Origin: Planctomycetota bacterium
Lineage (GTDB): Bacteria > Planctomycetota > Planctomycetia > Pirellulales > Lacipirellulaceae
Direction: 5' to 3'
Assembly: GCA_039190745.1 (NCBI GenBank)
Contig: JBCCXZ010000078.1
Span: forward strand, 1-14,752
DNA: 14,752 nt
Notes under the pieces: generated by a model
What the model saw: only the letters and a program-made list of their open reading frames with translations
Database searches by the model: none
Told to the model about the DNA's origin: nothing
Shown: in pieces, positions 8,187 to 14,752 of the stretch
How positions within the stretch are numbered: position 1 is the first letter of the stretch
How the letters are laid out: each line of letters opens with the position of its first letter
Program-made: the position numbers and the translations under genes

Positions 8187-8211
8187 GGCTTGATTCCTGT
8201 CCTGTAGGCGG

Positions 8212-9261
8212 CTAGCGGAGCCGCTCTCGTTCGTCGCGGAGGCCGGCGTACTCTGCTGCGCGGGCCCCGGTGGCGAGCACTTCGAGCTTGCGGTAACCGG
8301 AGACGCGGGCGACGAAGGCGCTTTCGCCGTCAGCGGTTTCGACTTTGACCAGCTCGCCCATGGCGCCGTCCTGTTGGGCGACTCCGGTGGTGCGTACCAA
8401 AATCGTGCCGGCCCGGGCAACGACCGGCACCACGTCGCCGCGGTGGACGAGCAGCGGCGCTCGGAGGCTGCTCTGAACGACCATCGTTCCTTCGGGGATC
8501 GAGCGGGTTGCTTCCAAACCGACGGCGTCGTTCGTGTCGACGAGCGCCCGTGCGGAAGGGCGGCGGTCGGTCTCGATGGTGGCCACGTCGGCGGCACGCA
8601 CAACGTCGCCCTGGCGAATAGGGCGGACTGCGACCAGCACGTCGTAGCTCCGGTCGGCGCGTACGTAGAGCTGGACTTGATCACCCGACTCGGGTGACGA
8701 TACGCGGTAGCTGAGCCTGCCGGGCCTGGGCGGCACGGGGCCGGTCACCACGAGCGGGCGTGCAAGAGCACCGATCTTGGCGAGGCTCTTTTCCTGGCCG
8801 GCGAGTTCGACCCGCCAGCGGTCGAAGCCGGTGCGGGTCGCCAAGTCGCGGCGGACCTCCTCGATGATCGCGTCGCGGACGGACTCGACGGGCTGCTCAC
8901 GCGGGGCACTGCCGCCTGCTGTTTCAGAGCGCCCGCCGTTGATGGAAACCCGTAGGGCGCCTGTGAATCGCAGGTTGCGGGTGTCGACGCCGCTGGCTAG
9001 CAGCCGCGTGCGGATATCGTCCTTAGTAAGGAAGAGCCGTGCGCCGGCCGCTGGGACGGGCATCAGCGGGGCGGTGATCAACGCATCGCGTTGGAAATCG
9101 TTCGCGGCAGAGACGTCGGCCAGGTCGCCCAGCAAGATGACCGCGCCGGATGCGTAGGCTTGCTGTCGCAGGGCGACCGTTGCCGCGGTCGACTCGGCGC
9201 ACCACGCAAGCAGCGTCGCCGCCGCTGCAATTTGCTTCCAGTATGCCCGCCGGAAAATCAT
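8212..9261 (-). CDS. flgA: P-ring assembly chaperone FlgA (long form), 349 aa
   Basis: Signal peptide and N-terminal ILLGDLADV segment. The C-terminal SAF-like domain reads VLVAVRPIRQGDVV...AVGLEATRSIPEG...LVHRGDVV...GVAQQDGAMGELVKV. Located between flgG and flgH. Confidence 0.9.
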   Translation of the reverse strand: MIFRRAYWKQIAAAATLLAWCAESTAATVALRQQAYASGAVILLGDLADVSAANDFQRDALITAPLMPVPAAGARLFLTKDDIRTRLLASGVDTRNLRFTGALRVSINGGRSETAGGSAPREQPVESVRDAIIEEVRRDLATRTGFDRWRVELAGQEKSLAKIGALARPLVVTGPVPPRPGRLSYRVSSPESGDQVQLYVRADRSYDVLVAVRPIRQGDVVRAADVATIETDRRPSARALVDTNDAVGLEATRSIPEGTMVVQSSLRAPLLVHRGDVVPVVARAGTILVRTTGVAQQDGAMGELVKVETADGESAFVARVSGYRKLEVLATGARAAEYAGLRDERERLR

Positions 9262-9287
9262 GGCTCGGCGCCTTTCCCTAATGCTCG

Positions 9288-10091
9288 TTAGAACCGCCGG
9301 ATATTCGCCGCGATCTGCATCACCTCGTCGCCGGCCTGGACGACCTGCGAGTTGAGCTCAAACGCCCGCTGCGTGGTGATCAGGTCGATCAGCTCCTGCA
9401 CCGGCTCGACGTTCGAGGCCTCCAGGGCCCCCTGCCGGACGGAGCCAAAACCGGGGTCGCCGGGGATGCCATCGATCGCAACGCCGGAGGCGTCGGTGGC
9501 CTGGTACAGGTTATCCCCGAGCTTGAGCAGGCCGTCGGGGTTGATGAAGTTGGAGGTGTTGAGCTGCCCGGCGTTCTGCAGGTTGGGCGACTGGGTGGTG
9601 CGGAACTGCACCTGGCCGTCGCTTGTCACGACCACGTCGACCGCCTCTTCTGGGATGGTCACGGGGGGGTCGAGGAGCCAGCCGGTCTGGGCCGAGCCGA
9701 GCACGAGTTGGCCGTTGGCGTTGACGCCGAAGTTGCCGGCGCGGGTGTAGAGGAAGTCGCCGGAGGGGTTGTTTACGCGGAAGAAGCCCTCGCCCTCGAT
9801 GGCGAAATCGAGCGGGTTGTTGGTGGTCTGCATGGCGCCCTGCACGTGGTTGGTCTGCGTGCTGGAGACGCGCGTGCCGAGGCCGACCTCGATGCCGGTG
9901 GAGGTCAGATTGCCGTCGGCGTCGAGGGCGCCGGGCATGCGGATCTGGCGGTAGAACAGGTCCTCGAAGTTGGCCCGGTCCTTTTTGAAGCCCGTGGTGT
10001 TGATGTTCGCCATGTTGTTGGCAATCACATCGAGCTTCGTCTCCAGGGCTTCCATGCCGGTGGCGGCGGTGTACAGCGTTTGGACGCTCAT
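9288..10091 (-). CDS. flgG: Flagellar distal rod protein FlgG, 267 aa
   Basis: IANNMANINTTGFKK, FEDLFY, LDFAIEGEGFF, YTRAGNF and LEASNVEPVQELIDLITTQRAFELNS motifs; AGGAG upstream of the start. Confidence 0.96.
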   Translation of the reverse strand: MSVQTLYTAATGMEALETKLDVIANNMANINTTGFKKDRANFEDLFYRQIRMPGALDADGNLTSTGIEVGLGTRVSSTQTNHVQGAMQTTNNPLDFAIEGEGFFRVNNPSGDFLYTRAGNFGVNANGQLVLGSAQTGWLLDPPVTIPEEAVDVVVTSDGQVQFRTTQSPNLQNAGQLNTSNFINPDGLLKLGDNLYQATDASGVAIDGIPGDPGFGSVRQGALEASNVEPVQELIDLITTQRAFELNSQVVQAGDEVMQIAANIRRF

Positions 10092-10113
10092 GGTTCGTTC
10101 TCCTGCAGGAGCG

Positions 10114-10869
10114 TTAACTAGTGGCCAGCACGCGGCTGATGAGGTTGCCCAGCATGCTGTCCTGGTGCTGGATGAGTTTGGTGTTCGCCTCGAACGCCCG
10201 CGAGGTTTCGATGAGCGACATCATCTCACGGGTCGAGTTGACGCCCGACTGTTCGAGGTAGCCCTGGCGGATGTCGCGTTCGTTCTCGGGCACTTGCGCG
10301 GTGTCGCCGGTCGGTCGGAACAGGTTGCTGCCGACCTTCACGAGTTCTTCGAGCGACTCGGGTCGGGCCAATCCGAGCGGCGTGGCCTGGTCGCCTTGCA
10401 CGATCCGGCCGCCGGCCTGGACTTCCCAGGGCTGCCTGGGGTCGAGGTCGATGGCAGACCCGCCGTCGTCGAGCACGGAGAGCCCCATCTGGGTGACGAG
10501 CCGGCCGACCGAGTTGACCGAGAAGTTGCCCGCCCGCGTGAGCAGCTCTTCGCCGTCGTCGCCGAGCACGCGGAAGAAGCCGTCGCCGTTGACCGCAAAG
10601 TCGGTCGGCATCTTGGTGTGGCGGAGCGTGCTGTGGGAGAAGTCGGTTTTGACTTCCATCAGCTTCACGCCGCCGCCGAGGTCGTTTTCCGATCCATCGC
10701 CGGGGGCCGCCTGACCCCGTTGAATGGCCTCGGCGTACCGAGCCTGGAAGGTGGGCAGGTCGCGTTTGAAACCGGGGGTTTCGAGGTTGGCCAGGTTGTT
10801 GGCCAGGTGCTCCAGGCGTTGCGACTGCACCTGGGCGCCTTCGGCGGAGATATAGAGCCCGTACGGCAT
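10114..10869 (-). CDS. flgF: Flagellar proximal rod protein FlgF, 251 aa
   Basis: LANNLANLETPGFKR, DFAVNGDGFF, LTRAGNF and QGYLEQSGVNSTREMMSLIETSRAFEAN motifs; immediately before flgG. Confidence 0.88.
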   Translation of the reverse strand: MPYGLYISAEGAQVQSQRLEHLANNLANLETPGFKRDLPTFQARYAEAIQRGQAAPGDGSENDLGGGVKLMEVKTDFSHSTLRHTKMPTDFAVNGDGFFRVLGDDGEELLTRAGNFSVNSVGRLVTQMGLSVLDDGGSAIDLDPRQPWEVQAGGRIVQGDQATPLGLARPESLEELVKVGSNLFRPTGDTAQVPENERDIRQGYLEQSGVNSTREMMSLIETSRAFEANTKLIQHQDSMLGNLISRVLATS

Positions 10870-10919
10870 AGCTCAGACCACAGCGATCACGGGAGCCCCC
10901 CCGCGACGTCGCCGCTTAC

Positions 10920-10936
10920 TGCACTCGGTGTGCCAA
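10920..10936 (-). promoter_or_regulatory. Sigma-54 (RpoN) -24/-12 promoter for the flgF operon
   Basis: The minus strand reads TTGGCACACCGAGTGCA, i.e. TGGCAC-N5-(G)TGCA with exact GG-N10-GC spacing. It lies about 50 nt upstream of the flgF ATG, in the correct orientation. Confidence 0.8.
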
Positions 10937-11086
10937 AGGAATGCAGGGAGCGTGAGTTGCGAGGCAAGGAGGCGGCAATCGCCTTGCGGAGAAGGTCCGC
11001 TTCACTCGGTGCGCCGTGGAGCACGCCGACGGCAGATCCAGTTGACCGGCGGATGCTGCGGGTCGATCGGCGGAACGTGCCGACCG

Positions 11087-12001
11087 CTAGCGGCAGGAAT
11101 CGATAATGGCCGCGGCGCCGTCCGCGAGCAGCTGATCGCCCAAGCGCCGGCCGACGGCGGCGGGGTTGCTGGGGTCGCCCGAGTCCGCAGCCCGGAGAAC
11201 GCGGATGCCGTCGGTGCTAGCAACCACGGCATCCAGCTGGAGTGCGTCGCCTTCAGTCCGCCCCCAAGCCCCGACCGGCACGGAGCACCCTCCGTGCAGT
11301 TGAGCCAGCAGCGCCCGCTCGGCCTCCACGCCGGAGCGGGTCGCGACGTGGTCGAGCTGCCCCAATACGGTTCGGGTTGCGTCGTCGTCGGCGCGGCACT
11401 CGATACCGAGCGCCCCCTGCCCGGGCGCCGGGAGCAGCCTGGGCGGTGCGAGTACCTCGGCAATCCTTTCGTGCAGGCCTAGACGCTTCAGCCCGGCAGA
11501 GGCCAGCACGATCGCGTCGTACTCGCCTCGGTCGAGCTTGGCGAGCCGGGTGTCGACGTTGCCCCGGATGGGGGAGAGTTGCAGGTCGGGGCGGACCGCC
11601 GCTAGGAGGGCCCGCCGGCGCTGGCTGCCGGTCCCCACCCGGGCCCCTTCCGGCAGGTCGTCGAGGCCGGCGCCACTACGGCTGACCAAGGCGTCGCGGA
11701 AGTCTTCTCGCTCGGGGATCGCCGCGAGCACGAGGCCGGGCGTAGGCTCGGTCGGCAAATCCTTGAGGCTGTGGACGGCCAGGTCGGCGTCGCCGGAAAG
11801 GACCGCGCGCTGCACCTCCTTGGTGAACACGCCCTGCACGCCGATCGACGCGACCGGGTCTGACTGTTCGGTGTCGCCGCGTGTGGTGACCTCGACCATC
11901 GCTGCTGTGGCGCCGAGGTCCCCGAGTCGGTCAGCGACCCAGTGGGCCTGCCACAAGGCGAGATGGCTGGCGCGGGTGCCGATCAGGAGTGGCTGTCGCA
12001 T
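11087..12001 (-). CDS. hemC: Hydroxymethylbilane synthase (porphobilinogen deaminase), 304 aa
   Basis: IGTRASHLALWQA, GVFTKEV, DLAVHSLKDLP, VGTGSQRR and IRGNVDTRL motifs, plus the cofactor-binding Cys in GGCSVPVGA. Start at ATG 12001 (MRQPLLIGTR). Confidence 0.97.
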   Translation of the reverse strand: MRQPLLIGTRASHLALWQAHWVADRLGDLGATAAMVEVTTRGDTEQSDPVASIGVQGVFTKEVQRAVLSGDADLAVHSLKDLPTEPTPGLVLAAIPEREDFRDALVSRSGAGLDDLPEGARVGTGSQRRRALLAAVRPDLQLSPIRGNVDTRLAKLDRGEYDAIVLASAGLKRLGLHERIAEVLAPPRLLPAPGQGALGIECRADDDATRTVLGQLDHVATRSGVEAERALLAQLHGGCSVPVGAWGRTEGDALQLDAVVASTDGIRVLRAADSGDPSNPAAVGRRLGDQLLADGAAAIIDSCR

Positions 12002-12403
12002 ATGGCTGATAGAGGGTTCAGTCTCGGTGAGAACCGCTTGGGGAGCCCGTCCCAAGCACGAAGGCAGACTCCGTTGCCAAGCGAACACGAGTTCAGCTCC
12101 GCCTCACACCAAGGAAACTAACCGCCCGTTTCCCGCAGAGCCAGTCATAGTGGCCCGATACGCGGCCTTGTGGTCGGCTGCTGCGACGGCCCGCGAAGGT
12201 TCGTGGTTTGATGCACGCTGGCTGCTGTATCAACAACCGATTGGCTGCCCACTGCTGGGGGCAAGATGCCGTAGGGGATCGGGAAAGTGCGAAACAGGAA
12301 GGATCTCCCGTCGCAATCGGGCCTAAACCGATCTCACAGGAAGGAGTTCAGCTAATCCGAAGCCAGTTCACGCCGAGTCTACAAATGCAGGTAATCCGAG
12401 CCC

Positions 12404-12432
12404 TTGGCGGTCAGGGCAGGAGCGGCTATTCT
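12404..12432 (+). promoter_or_regulatory. Candidate sigma-70-type promoter for rpmB
   Basis: TTGGCG (12404-12409), a 17-bp spacer, then TATTCT (12427-12432), 45 nt before the rpmB ATG. Confidence 0.5.
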
Positions 12433-12477
12433 AAGCTGAATCGATTTGAGAAAACCTCGAACCCCTACGCTGTCATC

Positions 12478-12744
12478 ATGGGCAAAAAGTGCTTCTACAC
12501 CGGCAAGAAGTCTCAAAAAGGCAACCGTGTCCAAACCCGCGGCAAGAAGAAGTACCTCGGCGGCGTCGGTACGAAAGTAACTGGCATCACGCGCCGTAAG
12601 TTCAAGCCCAATCTACAGACGGTCCGCGCTGTCGTTGACGGCGAGGTCAAACGGATCACGGTAAGCACGCAAGCGATCCGCATGGGTTTGGTGGAAAAAC
12701 CCGTTGTCAGCAAGCCGTTCGAGTTGCCGAAAGACAAAGGCTAA
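12478..12744 (+). CDS. rpmB: 50S ribosomal protein L28, 88 aa, zinc-ribbon cysteines mostly lost
   Basis: MGKKCFYTGKK...GN...TRRKFKPNLQ...KRITVSTQAIR is the L28 signature. The start is ATG 12478; the ORF-track 5' extension is not L28-like. Confidence 0.95.
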   Translation: MGKKCFYTGKKSQKGNRVQTRGKKKYLGGVGTKVTGITRRKFKPNLQTVRAVVDGEVKRITVSTQAIRMGLVEKPVVSKPFELPKDKG

Positions 12745-13008
12745 CTCACTGGGCTTAATTCGCCGAGCTTAAAGGCCGGTTGCTCATAACCGGGCGGCTC
12801 TACTGCCCATAAGCCCACGGCCCCTGCAGCCCGGCGCGTTCAGAGTGCGAGACCTGGATTCGATTCCGGGAAGAATCTCGATTCTAGAAAGCTTTATGCA
12901 GGCCTGCCACTGCGTAACGTGCTCTCTGCGAAATGCACCGCTCGGGAAACCCTAGAGGAGCTGCTTTCCCTGATCTCTTCGCGGCAAGCAGACTCGCGGT
13001 AGGGAGAC

Positions 13009-13278
13009 TTACCAGCTCGACTTCTTAAGGCCAGGAATCATCCCCTGGTCTGCCAGCTCGCGGATCATGATGCGGGAGACGCCGAACTTGCGGTAGTAAC
13101 CGCGGGTACGTCCCGTGAGCTTGCAATAATTGCGATAGCGCGTCCGGCTTGAATTGCGTGGAAGGAGCTTCAAAGCCGCGTAGTTCCCCTCTTTCTTGAG
13201 CTGAGCCCGCTTTTCGGCGTACCTCTCCACTAGCTCTTCGATGTGTTGCAGCCTAGCGACAGTGGATTTCGAAGCCAT
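13009..13278 (-). CDS. rpsN: 30S ribosomal protein S14, 89-aa C-minus type
   Basis: MASKS...[71 protein letters not shown], with one Cys only. Start at ATG 13278. Confidence 0.96.
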   Translation of the reverse strand: MASKSTVARLQHIEELVERYAEKRAQLKKEGNYAALKLLPRNSSRTRYRNYCKLTGRTRGYYRKFGVSRIMIRELADQGMIPGLKKSSW

Positions 13279-13343
13279 ATTCGGACCCAAGATAACGAGC
13301 AAGATTGTGGGGGGTTAGGGATGTGTCCCCGCCTGGGCGATTA

Positions 13344-13372
13344 AGATTAGCAGGCCGCCGGGCCATGGGGAA
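13344..13372 (-). promoter_or_regulatory. Candidate extended -10 sigma-70-type promoter for rpsN
   Basis: The minus strand reads TTCCCC-N17-TAATCT, with TGn directly before the -10 box, 65 nt upstream of the ATG. Confidence 0.45.
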
Positions 13373-13729
13373 GGGGGAACAACCGTCGGAGCGGCCTCTC
13401 CACACTCGTTTTCCAGGCAATGCAGCAGTTTGCCAAGCAGTGCGGCGATGATCATCGGCGCCCCAGGCCGGACCGTAGGTAACCTATACCGTGGTCTGCG
13501 CTTGTTTGCGCCGGAAATCGGCCTCTAGGAGTTCCGGCAGCCGTGAGGCCCCGGCAGCACTGGGTACTGAAATTGACGGCGAGAATCTTTTCCCTGCAGC
13601 TTTTGCCTGTGAGATTCGACCACTGGCAAATCTGCGTTGATTCTCTCGTCGGATGCTTCCGCTTCCGATGAAGCCCAGTGCGCCGGCAACGGCCCGGCCG
13701 GAGGCTCGACGCTCAACAATCGCTCGAGC

Positions 13730-14701
13730 TCAAGCACTGCCTTCTCTTGAATCCTCTTGTTGAACCGCAACTTCCCCAATGGCTTGCCCGTCATCGGCTT
13801 CCGCTTTCGAGCCATTTTGGATCTGCTGCGGCGGGACCACCACGCCGCAGCTGACGATGAACTGAAACGCCTGATCGAGCGTGATATTGAGATCGACCGC
13901 CTCGCTCCGCTTCACGTTGATCGTGTACCCGGTGAACGGCATCGGCGAGGTCGGGATCAGTACCGAGAGCACCGGCTCGTTCGCGGCGGCGCTGATATCC
14001 GCCATGCTCTCGCCGGTCACCAGGCCGAGCGACCAGATTCCCTTGCGGGGGTACTCGATCGCGATCACCCGGGTGTATTCGATGTCCTGCTCGCTGAACA
14101 TAAAGTCGGTTACCTGCTTGACCGACGAGTACACGTTCCGCACCAGCGGGAGACGTTCGATGATGCGTTCAAACTGGTTCCAGAGGATCCGGCCGACGCC
14201 TGCGGCGAGGAACTTGCCGAACAGGTACAGCACTAGCAAGAAGACGCACAGGAATAGCGGGATGACGAGTTCGCGGCGGAGGTACTTCTGCTCGACCAAC
14301 ACGCGGTAGACGTCGGCCGACTCTTTCGGGGCCGGTGCGCCGCCGAGGCGGCTGACGACGTACGCCAAGTCTCCGGCCGGGAGGTAGTTGCCGTCTGCGT
14401 GCTCTTTGTAGAGCACCCCGTCGATCATCGCCTCGCCGTCGGTTGCGGTCGGGGGCACGTCGCCGGCTTCGACAATCCGCTTGGAGTACTGGTTGAGCAG
14501 GATCGACCGGGCGCTGTTTTCCAGCGGGACCAGCAGGTAGACGAGGACCGTGTTGCCGATCCACACAAAGATGACAATTGTCAGCAACGGTGGGAGCAAG
14601 ACGCCCAAGCCGCGCCAAACGGCGCGGCGGAACGGATCGAGTCCCCCGGGCTTCTTGTGCGGCTGCGGAGCCGGCGCGGCGGGTAGCGGGGGGACTTCCA
14701 T
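13730..14701 (-). CDS. DUF502 family membrane protein, about 323 aa
   Basis: Two hydrophobic segments plus ERLPLVRNVYSSVKQV, IEYPRKGIWSLGLVTG, VLIPTSPMPFTG and AFQFIVSCGV motifs. The frame stays open upstream of ATG 14701 to the window edge, so the start is uncertain. Confidence 0.9.
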   Translation of the reverse strand: MEVPPLPAAPAPQPHKKPGGLDPFRRAVWRGLGVLLPPLLTIVIFVWIGNTVLVYLLVPLENSARSILLNQYSKRIVEAGDVPPTATDGEAMIDGVLYKEHADGNYLPAGDLAYVVSRLGGAPAPKESADVYRVLVEQKYLRRELVIPLFLCVFLLVLYLFGKFLAAGVGRILWNQFERIIERLPLVRNVYSSVKQVTDFMFSEQDIEYTRVIAIEYPRKGIWSLGLVTGESMADISAAANEPVLSVLIPTSPMPFTGYTINVKRSEAVDLNITLDQAFQFIVSCGVVVPPQQIQNGSKAEADDGQAIGEVAVQQEDSREGSA

Positions 14702-14752
14702 GATCGGCGGGATCGGGGGGGTGGGCGCGGCGTGCAGAGGCCGGCGCCGCTG

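Noticed and set aside
8187..8684. Apparent 166-aa N-terminal extension of FlgH
   Set aside because: It overlaps flgA in another frame; the signal peptide and SD site point to ATG 8186.
628..11089. Frequent TAG stops (flgL, flgK, flgN, flgI, flgH, flgA, hemC) as a sign of amber recoding
   Set aside because: Each TAG falls at the expected C-terminus of its family and none interrupts a domain.
7..12326. Many long + strand and alternative-frame ORFs over the flagellar and hemC genes (e.g. 2122-2925, 6785-7660, 9970-11106, 11538-12326)
   Set aside because: These are shadow ORFs typical of high-GC coding DNA. They overlap well-identified genes and have no recognisable motifs.
12208..12477. In-frame 90-codon extension upstream of L28
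   Set aside because: It is not L28-like, and a plausible promoter lies inside it, just before the canonical start at 12478.
12776..12870. tRNA/tmRNA-like fragments (CTCATAA anticodon-like loop; GGATTCGATTCC T-loop-like)
   Set aside because: The stems do not pair in tRNA register, the two pieces are too far apart, and there is no acceptor stem or D-arm.
1..14752. CRISPR array, insertion sequence, integrase or prophage
   Set aside because: I saw no regularly spaced repeats, terminal inverted repeats, or transposase, integrase or phage motifs.

Overview
GC-rich bacterial chromosome segment. A planctomycete is the most likely source, inferred from the very long FlgL, the L28 with a KYLGGVG insertion and the many starts without a Shine-Dalgarno (SD) site. 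Bases 1-10869 are one minus-strand flagellar basal-body/hook-junction cluster: flgF-flgG-flgA-flgH-flgI-flgJ(rod-binding only)-flgN-flgK-flgL-fliW. fliW is cut by the window edge and is missing from the ORF track. A good sigma-54 (-24/-12) promoter precedes the cluster. Next come hemC (-), a 476-nt divergent spacer, a convergent pair of cysteine-depleted ribosomal protein genes (rpmB/L28 on +, 89-aa rpsN/S14 on -), and a DUF502 membrane protein (-). I found no mobile element, CRISPR array, tRNA or rRNA, and no clearly new system; most of the window is recognisable housekeeping and motility DNA. The best leads are a 980-aa FlgL built from nested repeated modules, the stand-alone putatively zinc-independent L28+S14 pair, an FlgH without a lipobox, and GGA-rich non-coding stretches that could link to CsrA/FliW control. 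All calls come from reading the sequence by eye; no searches were run.
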